This document shows positions 1 through 11,961 of a stretch of DNA of 64,000 nt, piece after piece (within the stretch, counting starts at the first letter, position 1; every line of letters starts with the position of its first letter). Position numbers and translations under genes: made by a program. The DNA is from Chiloscyllium plagiosum (taxonomy: Eukaryota), in the NCBI RefSeq assembly GCF_004010195.1, contig NC_057757.1, positions 6,712,985 to 6,776,984 on the forward strand, in the 5' to 3' direction. The notes beneath the pieces were generated by a model that was given only the letters and a program-made list of their open reading frames with translations, ran no database searches and was not told the DNA's origin.

Positions 1-796
1 TCCGAATTTATAATGCCTGGCGACTTCCTTCCTGATGCCCTAACAACATGTCAGTGAGCCGGAACAAAAGCGGGCAGAACCACACTCAAGTGGTCACATT
101 CACATTTGCACACTGACGAGTCGTAAGGGAAAAGGCAGACCGGTGAGAAATTCAGTTCGTAAAAACAAAATAAGAGTGCATGTTGCCCTTTCCTTGTGCT
201 CATAAATCAGTGGAAGGTAGTTAAAAGAGACTAGTCCTCCACTCTAAAGTGTTTGCCTTTTTTAATTTGGCCAAAAAACAGCAAGCTAATTTTTGCTGCA
301 ATGGTACTACACTCCTGCCAGCAGATGGCTGTGCTTCTGTATGAAATGGTTTGTTGTTTTGTTCAGAGAAGTGTTCTGACTTCTGGCCTAAGTCCTGCTT
401 ACAGCAGGGGTAAAACTGGTTTAGTTACAACCGCGGGCTGGGGTTTTGTCAGCTGTGCTTCATGTTATAGAACATATAGAACACATAACATTACAGCGCA
501 GTACAGGCTCTTCGGCCCTCGATGTTGCACAGACCAGTGAAACCAATCTGAAGCCCATCTAACCTTCAATTATCATCCATATGTTTATGATACATCTGTC
601 AATGAGTATTGTAATTGGTCTTCAAGAAACATGCTCATGATATCATCACTACGTCCTGAGGTTACCAAAGATCTGTCTCCATCTTACCTCGGATCACCTG
701 AAACAGGTCACTACTGGGAACACGTACTTGTTGTAACCTCTAGGTTATTCACTACACTACAGATCTTGGAGACTTCACCTACTTGCGTTGTTGAAT

Positions 797-1110
797 CTAT
801 AGTGATGTAGTGGCAGAGTCCCCTATTACAAATGATAGAGCAGGGTGGGGAGAAAGTAGCAAAGAGTACAATAGGCGAGTGGGGGAGGGGATGAAGGTGA
901 TAGGTCGGGGGGGGGGACGGTGGAGTAGATAGGTGGAAAAGAAGATAGACAGGTAGGACAAGTCATGTGGACAGTGCTGAGCTGGAAGTTTGGAACCGGA
1001 GTGAGGTGGGGGAAGGAGAAATGAAGAAACTGTTGAAGTCCACATTGATGCCCTGGGGTTGAAGTGTTCCGAGGCGGAAGATGAGGTGTTCTTCCTCCAG
1101 GCGTCTGGTT
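797..1110 (-). mobile_element. Penelope-like element 3' fragment (end of GIY-YIG domain plus pyrimidine-rich UTR)
   Basis: Minus strand encodes RRLEEEHLIFRLGTLQPQGINVDF, homologous to the copy at 18.9-19.2 kb. Confidence 0.8.
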
Positions 1111-1254
1111 GCTGTGTGACCTGCTTACAGTAGGGTCATAGAATCCCCGCAGTGTGGCAGCAGGCCATTCAGCCCAACAAGTCCACACCAACTCTCTGAA
1201 GAGCATTCCACCCAAACACAATCCCATTCCAGTAACCCTGAATTTCCCACTGTC

Positions 1255-1810
1255 ACTCGATGTTGCGCCGATCAGTGAAACCAAGCTAAAGTCCATCTAA
1301 CCTACACTATTCCATCATCCATATGGTTATCCAAGGACCAATTAAATGTCCTTAAAGTTGACGAGTCCACTCCTGTTGCAGGCAGGGCATTCCATGCCCT
1401 TACTACCCTCTGAGTAAAGAACCTACCTCTGACATCTGTCCTATTTCTGTCACCCCTCAATTTAAAGCTATATCCCCTCATGCTAGCCATCACCATTTGA
1501 AGAAAAAAAGGCCCTCACTGTCCACCCTATGATCATCTTGTATATCTCTATTAAGTAACCTCTTAACCTTATTCTCTCTAACGAAAACAGCCTCAAGACC
1601 CTAAGCCTTTCCTCATAAGACCTTACTTTCATACCAGGCAACATCCTGGTAAATCTCCTCTGAACTCTTTCCAAAGCTTCCACATCCTTCCGAGAATGCG
1701 GTGACCAGAACTGTACACAATGCTCCAAGTGCGGCCACACCAGAGTTTTGTACAGCTGCAACATGACCTCATGGCTCCGAAACTCAATCCCTCTACCAAT
1801 AAAAGCTAAA
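1255..1810 (-). mobile_element. CR1/HER1-type LINE 3' fragment
   Basis: ORFs LQLYKTLVWPHLEHCVQFWSP and RGRFFTQRVVRAWNALP are typical CR1 ORF2 C-terminus. Confidence 0.9.
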
Positions 1811-1814
1811 CCAA

Positions 1815-2085
1815 ATGGTTAATCCATCTAGCCTGCCCATTATAGGATAATTTCCCGTAGCCAATCCACCTAAGCTGCGCATTCCTGGTCACTACGGGAC
1901 AATTTAACATAGTCAATCCACCCTAGCCTGCACATCTTCGGACTGCGGGAGGAAACCCATGCAGACACGGGGAGAACGTGCAAACTCCACACAGCCAGTC
2001 ACCTGAGGCTGGAATCGAACCCGAACCAATGGCACTGTGAGGTTGTAGTGTTAACCACTGAGTCATTGAGCCACCATGCCACCCA
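1815..2085 (-). mobile_element. HE1-type tRNA-derived SINE
   Basis: tRNA-like head with A/B boxes and gtgtggagtttgcacgttctccccgtgtctgc core. Confidence 0.85.
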
Positions 2086-2503
2086 GACAGTATGCTTCAA
2101 AACAAACATAAGGGCCCTGGCATTTCTTTTTCGCAATATTCCCGTGCCGGTGCGAAAGGCGCTACGTAAATATCAGTTTGCACTCCGTGATGGCTGGTCC
2201 AGCCTTGCCTGCAGCACAGTGGGAGAAGTGAAGCCTTCACAACAACAGTGATGATTGTCCAACCTCATCAATTAAGACCAGTCCAGCCTTGCCTGTAAAA
2301 GAAGTCAACTCTTGACTTGCCAGTAGCTGCGAAGGGCAGTTTAGCTCTTCCAGAAACATTTTCGGCTTGAGTAAAACAAATAAGCTGGTAGGTGCAGCCT
2401 TGTCACTGTGTCAGCTTGGCTGCACGGTTGCCTCTGGGTCAGGAAAATTTTGATTGCAAGTCTCACTCTAGTGCACATTATCCTTGATGGTCATGACTCT
2501 GCT

Positions 2504-2706
2504 ATGATTTGGAGATGCCGGTGTTGGACTGGGGTGTACAAAGTTAAAAATCGCACAACACCAGGTTATAGTCCAACAGGTTTAATTGGAAGTGCTAGCT
2601 TTGGGAACGCTGCTCCACTAACCACCTGATGAAGAAGCAGCGCTCCGAAAGCTAGTGCTTCCAATTAAACCTGTTGGACTACCTGGTATGTTTGTGATTT
2701 TTAACT
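2504..2706. mobile_element. Palindromic Penelope-end insertion with hammerhead core
   Basis: Long inverted repeat; CTGATGA...CGAAA at 2626-2650; flanking near-TSD atgact(c/a)tgct. Confidence 0.8.
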
Positions 2707-2724
2707 ATGACTATGCTAGATATT

Positions 2725-3060
2725 CAATTTGCCTCATGAGGTGAATGGCCAAAGTCTTTTCCCCAGGGTAGGGGAGACCAAAACGAGAGGGCACATGTTT
2801 AAGGTGAGAGGGGGTAAGATTTAAAAGGGACCTGAGGGGCTACTTTTTCACACAGAGGGTGATGCGAGTATGAAACGTCAGAGGAAATGGTGGAGGCTGG
2901 CACAAGTACAACATTTAAAAGGTGTCTGGATGGGTACATGAGCAGGAAAGGTTTAGAGGGATATGGGCCAAACGCAGGACGAGTTCAGCTTAGGAAACCT
3001 GGACAGCATGCACAAGTTGGGCTGAACTCTCCATTTCTGTGCTGTATGACTCTATGATTC
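2725..3060 (+). mobile_element. CR1/HER1-type LINE 3' end
   Basis: Same 3' tail as the other CR1 copies, ending tatgactctatgattc. Confidence 0.85.
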
Positions 3061-3687
3061 ATGGGCCCCAACTCTTTGATTTGATTTGATTTGTTATCGC
3101 CACGTATACCAAAGTTTTGTTTTGCTTGCAGTTACAGGCAGATCATGACATACAAGGATCAGAGGGTGACTGAACAGAGCGAGGAAGCTGCATCGAAGGT
3201 GCACAAAAAACAAAATTAAAATTAAACATGAACTTGGAGAGGTCCATTCAGCAAGGGAGAAGCTGTTCTTGAACCTGTTGGCATGTGTTTGAGCTATTGT
3301 GTCTTCGACCCGATACCACAGCTTTATGCGTTGCTCTGAAATTGTCATCTATTTCAGGCATTTATCCAAATCTCCTTCAATAGTCACTACCAAATTTGTT
3401 TCTATTGCCCCTTTCATTTGGTGTCTTTGCAGACTATAAAAGCTATGTTAAAGTTCCCTGCTCCACTGAATGCACAGCAAGTCTTTTCCAATTCCCTCAT
3501 ATTGCTACATCCTCTCATTCTGGCAGTCATACTCTGAGAATCCATGACATTCCACAGTCTTTTTATTGTGGGTATCCATTACTATGCACAGTATCCAAAT
3601 TGTGCTCGAACAAACAGTTTGCGTAGACTCATTAACACTTGTTTGTTTCAGTTTTCAATGCCTCTCTATGTAGGATAGAATCATTAC

Positions 3688-4327
3688 AGAATCCTTACAG
3701 TATGGAAACAGGCCCTTTGGCCAAACAAGCCCACAGCAACCCTCCAAAGAGTAACCCACCCAGACCTATTATTCTACATTTACCCCGACAAAGCACCTAA
3801 CCTGCACGTTCCTGAACACTACGGGGTAATTTAGCACAGCCAATCCATACTAACCTACACATCCCTGGACACTATGAGGTAATTTAGCATGGCCAATCCA
3901 CCCTGACCTGCACATCCCTGAACACTATGGGGTAATTTAGCATGGCCAATCCACCCTGACCTGCACATCCCTGAACACTATGGGGTAATTTAGCATGGCC
4001 AATCCACCCTAACCTGCACATCCCTGGGCACTATGGGTAATTTAGCATGGCCAATCCACCCTAACCTACACAATCCCTGAACACTATGGGTAATTTAGCA
4101 CGGCCAATCCACCCTAATCTGCACAATCCCTGAACACTATGGGTAATTTAGCATGGCCAATCCATCCTAACCTACACATATTTGGACTGTGGGAGACAAC
4201 TGGAGGAAACCCACGCAGACAAGGGGAGAACGTGCAAACTCCACACAGTCACGTGTGGCTGGAATCGAACCTGGGTCCCAGACGCTGTGAGGCAGCAGTG
4301 CTAACCACTGAGCCACCGTGTCGCCCA
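3688..4327 (-). mobile_element. HE1-type SINE with expanded internal 53-bp tandem array (about 3796-4180)
   Basis: About 7 copies of ccctgacctgcacatccctgaacactatggggtaatttagcatggccaatcca between the SINE core and tail. Confidence 0.9.
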
Positions 4328-4713
4328 GTAGTCCTTTTACAGCTGTATTGTTTATTTTTCCATTTTCCTTTTAAGATGTGTGTATCTGTACCCATTGAGC
4401 GTTTTTAATCATCATAGGATTTACAATAATTGCAGCTCAAAAGATGCACAGTGGCAGCTCTTCAAAACTCTTCCCAAACCTGATGACCTTTCTCGCCTGC
4501 AGGGACAATGCCAGCAAAAAGACTGGCCTTTATACAGTGTCTTTCCAGACTACCAGTCATCTCAAAGCACCCAACAGCCAACAAAGTACTTTTGAAGCGC
4601 AGTTACTGTTCTCATGAAGGGAACACAGCAGCTCATTTGCACACTCCCACCACCAGCAAGATAAGATAATGACCAGCAAGATAAGATTTCTGTGCTGTTG
4701 ATTGAGGGATAAG

Positions 4714-5395
4714 AAGCAGTGGTTCTTGTCAAGGTTCATCATGAGCAGCTCTGTGATCTCCAGTCTGTTCCCCGGGACGCACACCGAGACAAACATCAAC
4801 TGCGCCTGGAGGACCATCAACTCGGTCCAAGGTGCTCTTTGGACTGCCTGAGATAGACAAGCAGGAGGCTGGAAGAACACGGCAAGCCAAGCAATATCAA
4901 GAGTGGAGAAGTCAACGTTTCGGATGTTCGAAGGGTTACCCCCTCGAAACATTGACTTCTCCACCTCCTGATGCTGTCTGGCTTGCCATGTTCTTCCAGC
5001 CTCCTGCTTGTCTACCTTGGATTCCAGCATCTGCAGTTTCTTTTGTCTTTGCACTACCTGAAGCTTGTTGGTCTTGACCGAGTGTTGAAAATTGGCACAT
5101 TCCAATGTCCAGGACGATATGATGAGGGATGTACTAAAACTTGAGGCAACTACTGTCTAAGGTCTTTCTGCTGAAGTTAAATGGGGGTCCATTCAGTTAC
5201 CAGATATCCCATGCCTCAAATGCATGTAAATATAATTTTGTACAAGTAGGAGATGCCTTTGGTTTTTTTGTTGGATAAAGTCAAACTCCAATGTTTGTTT
5301 TTGCGTGATACTGTACAGAACCTGACTGCATTAGTGACTATGTATGTACATAAAGATATTTTTATGTATAAAGTGTATTTTTGAAATTTAAAAAA
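4714..5395 (+). mobile_element. 5'-truncated Tx1/L1-clade retrotransposon (ORF2 C-terminus, 3' UTR, A tail)
   Basis: Encodes LFPGTHTETNINCAWRTINSV; perfect 17-bp TSD gttgattgagggataag at 4697-4713 and 5396-5412. Confidence 0.8.
4852..5045. mobile_element. Palindromic Penelope-end insertion nested in the Tx1 copy
   Basis: Inverted arms gcaggaggctggaagaaca / tgttcttccagcctcctgc; degenerate TSD tctttg.act.cctga. Confidence 0.75.
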
Positions 5396-7567
5396 GTTGA
5401 TTGAGGGATAAGTATTGGCCACAGGACATGAAAGAGAACCTCCCTGCCTCTTTTGTGAAACAGTACCGGAGGATCCTACACAGCCTCATAAGATGGTGTT
5501 GAGCAATTTGGTTTATCGTCTCCTCTAAAAGACAGCGCTCTCTCAGTCCTGCATGGGGACTGTCAACTTTGGTATTTGCAGCCAGTCACCAAAGTGGGAT
5601 CTAAGACTTGTGACACCAGAGGCTACCAATTGAGCCACTACTGAGTTTGTGAAAGTCACTAACCCGAGTGTGGTGGACATTGGGACATTGAGTAAATGTA
5701 AGGAGGTGGATTTTTAATTAGTAACGGGCTAAAGGGCAGTAAAGTGGAGTTGAGCTCAAGGTGAGTTCAGCCACAATTGTATTAAATGGCGGAGCAGGCT
5801 TGAGGGGCTGAATGGTCTCATCTTGCTGACCCGCAGTGATTTCCAGCATTTTTTTTTGTTTTCAACACAGATTCCAGCATCTGCAACAATTTGAATGTAT
5901 GTTGTGTTTAATCGACTACCATGTCTCTTCAAGGAAGACCTTGAAGAGGCTTTGCTCTTCCCTCTAACAGGGATTCTGGTTGGCTCTTTCACCGGGTCAC
6001 TATCAGCACCCTTTCTCACTCAGCACCCCCTCCCCCACCCCACCACACTTCATGTCAGCTCTGATGAAGAGTCGAGACTTGAAACGTTAGCTTGTTCTCT
6101 CTGCCTGTCCCACTGTGATTTCCAGTGTTTTTTGTTGTCAGTACAAATTCCAGCATGTGCAGTAATTTGCTCCTAGCTCTTATTGCATACTGCATGTCCA
6201 CTAAGACTTCAAGTTGACTGTTGCCCTGATTTAGATTGATGTTAACGACAACAGTAATGAGGAACAGCATTCCTGTACCGTACCTCAGTCAGCACCACCA
6301 CATACAGCTAACAGATAAACCAGTTACTTGTAAAACATTGACATGTGAAAATTATTCACTGCATCAGCCTGCTTACGGAGTCATTACACTTCCTGTGTAA
6401 TTCAGTAGGGTGGGGAGGTCTAGTATATTTCTGAGAGGTGTGGAACAACACTATATAAACACAGATCTGTGTCTATTTCACCAGCAGTGACGGCGTGCTA
6501 AGCCCCACCTTCAGCAGCTCAATGTTGCCTTTCTCTGAATTAACAGTTCCTAAAGTGATGTCATTGGGCAAGTTATATGTCAAACTGCATCAAAACAGGT
6601 AACAGCTGAACTAAGAAAGCTGCCTCCAACACGCTGTACCTTTTTCTCTTTGACACACAGAATCATTGAAGGCAAACACAAAGTATTTGTTCACCACTGG
6701 CCTCCCCAGGGTCCTGACTGCTGTCAGCAGCACACATGTTGAATCATGCATCCCTCGGCAGAAGAAAACACTTTCTAGTCTGTAATCGGAACAAGGAGTG
6801 TCTGCGAACAGGCTGAGGTTTCTCGACTGTTGTGTTCCAGACGCTTTTGATCTTTTACATTTCAGACCGTCTGCCAGCACAGTTAGCTGTCTGACATGGA
6901 TGTGCTGAATCGTCATGGTGCAGGAGGCCATTCAGCCCACTGACTGTCCGATGAGAAGCATGCAATACAATCACAGCTGACCTGACTCTCATGTTAGGTC
7001 TTTCTCTACGGATGACAGACACCACATTCTGAAACACTAATCGCTTATTCTATTGGTCGACGAGATTCCAGCAACAGAAGCAGAAATTGCAAATTAATTT
7101 TTCTCGGTTACTGCTCCCGAGTTATGAATTCAAAGCAGCTGTTCCAGACAATTCAAGAGGAAGGTTTTTTTAAAGTTGTACATTATCTGAAATAACTGTT
7201 ACTCTTGCCTTTTGATCAATGCATACATTTTGGTTCAAGTTACTTTATTTCCACCTCTTACAAAAAGATGTACTGCTACCACGTTGTTTATTTAAGTCAA
7301 TTTAAGTCAAATGTAGGGCAGCGGAGATTTCAAAATGGGGTTCTCTGAGAAAAAAGGGGTCCCAGAGGTTTTCTCCAGGTCATGTGTTGCATGGTCCATA
7401 AGTAGTGGACAATCTTCCAGATTAGACAGGTTACTGAAGCTCTACTCGCCAAGAAAGGTTTGCCAGACGCTTGGGTGTACCTAAGGACCAGGCACCCCGG
7501 TCTCAGTAACACTGCTTTGAGTTGCCACTCAACAAAATACAACCGAGAGATCAAATTGTCAATGCTT

Positions 7568-8015
7568 AGAATCATAGAGCTATACAGCACAGAAACAGAC
7601 CCTTTGGTCTAACACGTCCATGCTGACCAGATATCCTAAATTCATCCTGCATTTGGCCCACATCCCTCTAAACCCTTCGTGTTCATATACCCATCCAGAT
7701 GTCTTTTTAATGTTGCAATTGTACCAGCCTCCACCACTTCCTCTGGCAGCACATTCCATTCATGCACCACCTGCTGCATGAAAACGTTTCCCCTTAGGTC
7801 CCTTTTAAATCTTCCCCCTCTCATGTTAAATCTATGCCACTCTAGTGTTGGATTCCCCTCGAGTGGGGAAAAAGGACCTTGGCTATTTACCATATCCATA
7901 CCCCTCATCATTTTATAAACCTCTATAAGGTCACCCCTCACCCTCCAACATTCCAGGGAAAACAGCCTCAGCCTATACAGCCTCTCCCTACAGTTCAAAC
8001 CTTCCACTCCCGGGA
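7568..8015 (-). mobile_element. CR1/HER1-type LINE 3' fragment
   Basis: C-terminal half of ORF 7642..8346 (GLNCRERLYRLRLFSLE...WNVLPEEVVEAGTI). Confidence 0.9.
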
Positions 8016-9115
8016 AGTCACCCAGATTCGTTTGGGGCAGATTCTGAGTTGTCTCCCATCGAAGAGCCACGTATTGGTCGGGTTGTGACCCCCGTTTAGA
8101 AAATTTCCCACTGCGGGAAGTGGCCCAGTTTGGGTCGGTACAGGAAGCTGCCCTTTGAGGGTCGGGGGAAGGGTGTGGATCCCACCTCATTAGGGAGCTT
8201 TCCCAGCAGTAGGTGCGCCTCTTGTAAGGACACGGGCTCTCTGTAGTTGGTGTCCCAGTCTTAGATACATCACGTGGCTGGACTGAAAACTTAAGAGAAG
8301 GGACCGGCTGAACGAACAGCCCATCATAAAACCCTTCGGACATCACCTCACTGATGTCTCATTAAAATCAGTATCATTCTCCTTAAAGCTGCTGTCATTT
8401 TTTTACTGCCTGGCAAGGAAAGGTGGGTAGGGATGGAAGGTGGACAGCAGGATTGTTTTCCCAGCCTAAGCTGTCCACAAAGACTATTGGAAAGAGATGA
8501 ATGAGGGTAACCCTCCCTCCTGAGAGATTTTTCGCTTGCAGTCATACCATGCTCACGGACCAACATCATCAGGCAACCTACTCCACGCTGTTACGTATCT
8601 GAGAGAATGTTCCCCGCAGATTATAGTTTCTGTAGGTGGCCCAATGTTTGTCGATGCATGCATGTTCTCAACCTTTTTTTTGGGTGGCAAGCATGCACAC
8701 TATTCATCGGAGAATAACGTTTGCACCCTGTACCTTTCAGGCTGCTGCGTGATTCCACACCTGCACAGCCCTTAGTGGGCACTCTGACCTGTGTGATCTC
8801 AAGTGCATGACAGGATGACTTTGGTTTTGGGGTCAGCAGCAAAACTAGGGGCACTCACTGCTCACCTGAAATTTGACCCAGAAAGATCCACTGACCTCAG
8901 TGAGCTTTTACAGCATCAGTTCGAACCGATGTCCAGTCAAGGGGATCTCCTGGCCTGCAGCAACAATGATGTCTACAGGGCAAGTAGTCAATCAGCGCCC
9001 GCATGCAGCAGGCCTGGAAGTTAAAAGAGAAATTGAAATCCTTCACTTTTAGTATAAAATCTCATTTGGAAACGAAGCTAATTAAGGATTGGATTACCAG
9101 AGAAGCCAAACTTAG

Positions 9116-9341
9116 TGTCATGATTGAAACAAGGTTGGCCAGGTGGATCTGAGTATGAGTCCCCTGGTTGGGGCTGTCAACTTGGGCCAATCACGGAGTC
9201 CTGGCTGAAAGGTATAAATAGGAGTCTCAGGGATTCTCCTCACTCCAGGGACTAGCTCTGAGCTGGCTGGTCAGAGTCCATGTACTGTGCACATGTAAAT
9301 AAAAGGGTGACCTGGATACTGGCTCCATTGGAGTTATTTGG
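9116..9341 (+). mobile_element. Solo-LTR-like repeat (family A), copy 1
   Basis: TGT start, CCAAT, TATAAAT, AATAAA, ttattt end; homologous to the copies at 15.3, 22.1 and 39.0 kb. Confidence 0.7.
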
Positions 9342-9814
9342 CTCGGCTAAACAAACTATAAAAAATGAAAATTATATACTTTATTTCTTTCAAAATGGTC
9401 TAACGGATAAACTTGATGTACCATAAAGTTGAGCTTTTTAGTACGTTTGGTGGTAATTATGAAGTGACAAAGCTGTTGAAAATCTAGTTACACCTCGTAC
9501 AAAAAGGTACAATTTTTTCAAGGGTTTTCGGAACAAGGTTTTCACATCATTTGTTCTGATTTCCATAGCTGCAATCTGGGGGTGCCTCAACCATGCACAC
9601 TCTGGAAGAGCTTGGCACTTCCCTGGCAAATTTCATATTATTCTACATTCATGCCAAACTGTTGTCTGGTTTTTTGGAGCAATGACAACAAACATTGGCA
9701 GTTTCGTGTCATTATTAGATCTGGGCTGATTTAAGTCCGGACTCTCGCTGCTCACATCCAGGGCATTAAGCAATATGGGAATTTCCTGTTGAAAAGCTGT
9801 TTAGTCCTGCTCCT

Positions 9815-10353
9815 CTCCTTTGGAATACTGTGTTCAATCCTGGTCTCCCTGCTATCGGAAGGATGTCATGAAACTTGAAAGCGTTCCGAAAAGATTTACA
9901 AGGATGTTGCCAGGGTTGGAGGATTTGAGCTATAGAGGGAGGCTGAGTAGGCTGGGGCTGTTTTCCCTGGAGCGTCAGAGGTTGAGGTGTGACCTTATAA
10001 AGGTTATAAAATCATGAGGGGTATGGATAGGGAGAACAGACAAGATCTTTCTCCCAGGGTATGGGAGCCCAAAACTCAAGAGCGCAGGTTTAAGTGAGAG
10101 AGGAAAGATTTAAAGAGCAAGTTTTTCACGCAGAGGGTGGTGCATGTATGGAATGAGCTGCCAGAGGAAGTGGTGGAGGCTGGTACAATTACAGCATTTA
10201 ACAGGAATCTGGATGGGAATATGAATAGGAAGGGCTTGGCGGGGGTATATGGGCCAAATGCTGGCAAATGGGACATTAATTTAGGATATCTGGTCGGCAT
10301 GGACGAGTTGGACCAAAGGGTCTGTTTCCATGCTGTACATCTCTATGACTCTC
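9815..10353 (+). mobile_element. CR1/HER1-type LINE 3' fragment
   Basis: EYCVQSWSPCYRKD...; WNELPEEVVEAGTIT. Confidence 0.9.
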
Positions 10354-10430
10354 AGGTAAACCTAGACATGCTTGTATGTAGTGTAACAAGACAAATAACA
10401 CCAAACTGAGGAGTTGCATTGGCAGGACTA

Positions 10431-10436
10431 TTTATT
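10431..10436 (-). promoter_or_regulatory. Candidate polyadenylation signal of the minus-strand gene
   Basis: AATAAA on the minus strand about 800 nt past the stop, followed by a GU-rich tract (gtttggtgttatttgtcttgtt); a second AATAAA is at 10888-10893. Confidence 0.55.
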
Positions 10437-11233
10437 GTTTCACGGGTGGAAACACAAAAATTGGTATCTTAAGCTCTTCATTTTAAGCTCCTTTCTCCTT
10501 CTGACTTTCCACCCTGCAATGGTTCTGTACATGTACCAGTCATCAACTGAGAAGATGCACAGGTATCTTGTCTCATAGCTTCTGCCCAGCAATTCAGCCT
10601 TCAGAATGATACTAGTCCATTCTGCAATGTTCTACCTGTGGAGATATTTCCCACTCAGCATTTCCTCCCAATAGGCTGAGCAACATCAGGAACTCACGAA
10701 AGCAAGTGCACTGCGACAGTAAAATTCACTCCCTGCCCCTCTCTCTCAGATGGTGCACTGGAATGACAATGCACTAATAGCCTTGGGGCTTCCCTTTTAA
10801 GCATTTTCCAAGTTCGCAGTTTCCGCACTATTGCTGCCCTTTCCCCCAATTAAAAATGGCACCTAACGGGAAACAAAAACTAAGAACTTTATTTTTTCTC
10901 TCAGAGGAGAAGTAAACACGCTGCGGAATTTTACATCATTCATCTCGAGGCAATCCATTTCCTCACACGCTTCTGTTTAACTAACAAATGACCAGGAAAT
11001 CAAACGGCAGCAGGGTGGCATTGATGCACCCTCTCACATCCACCGCTCTCAACCGCTGAACAAAATGACAACACAAAAACAGCCTCCACGATCAAACCCG
11101 TTCGCCAAACCTCTTTCTCCAAAATTATAAAATTATCACGTCAGCCAAAACAAGTCTAAAGTAACTGTCCAAATTCCACTGAACTAACAAAAGTTTTGAG
11201 ACTTCAACCTGCACCCCGGTCACTCCTCTGTTC

Positions 11234-11961
11234 TTATATGCCTGCTCTATCTACCTTTGAAGGTGTTTCAATGCTTCTAGTCGCCACAGATGACCGGCGT
11301 TTCCTGAGTGTGGCCGACAGCAAAGGAGCGGTGGGTGCCCTGCTGTTTGTGGCCTCTGGCCAAGCCAGTGGTGGGCTGGAGGTGAGGTTAGGCACGGTCC
11401 CAAATGTGTCGTGAACCTCCTCGTTAACAGTTTGACAGGCGACGGAGATTTGCTCAGCAGGACTGGGCACTAGAACAGCAGTGACATAGCGCAGGAGCTC
11501 CACCAAAACTGACATCTGGCTGGACAGCCTGACCAGTCTCTTGCCTAATTTCCGGGAAAAACTATCGATTCCTTCTCCCAAGGTTTCTTGCAGCTGCATC
11601 AGGTCTCTGTGCAGCATGTGGAACCCACCCTGCTGCAGCTCCAAGAATTTGGAAGCAAGGACATCCCCTAACTCTTCCTCTGGCTGCTGGCACCCAAACA
11701 CAGTATTTCTACACTGGCCAACCTCCCTGGTTCCCCTAGAAAGACTCTTGGAAAATTTCTGGGCTGGACTATCCTGGAAACTCTCCTCCTCCTCCTTTGG
11801 CAGGTTGTCTCTCAGAGTTGCTGGAGTGGCCCAAGGATCGGAGTTACCAGCTGTCACATCGTGGCTACTATCTCCACGTGAAGGCTCCGTGGACCCGCTC
11901 CCTCTGGTGGTGTCTGACCTGGATGTGGCGATGAAAGGGGGGCTGGGCCGGTTGCTGAACT
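11234..11961 (-). CDS. Terminal coding exon 9 (728 nt): Ser/Thr/Pro-rich segment, predicted coiled-coil/helical segment (LASKFLELQQGGFHMLHRDLMQLQETL...MSVLVELLRYV), basic tail, TAA stop
   Basis: Extends ORF 11234..11857 upstream without stops to the acceptor ttctcatcctcag at 11962; phase 1 matches exon 8. Confidence 0.8.

Noticed and set aside
3796..4180. Regular repeats resembling a CRISPR array
   Set aside because: Contiguous tandem units with no unique spacers, inside a SINE in vertebrate DNA; no cas genes.
7642..8346. 234-aa ORF, the longest non-gap ORF
   Set aside because: Chance fusion of a CR1 3' fragment with unrelated flanking sequence.
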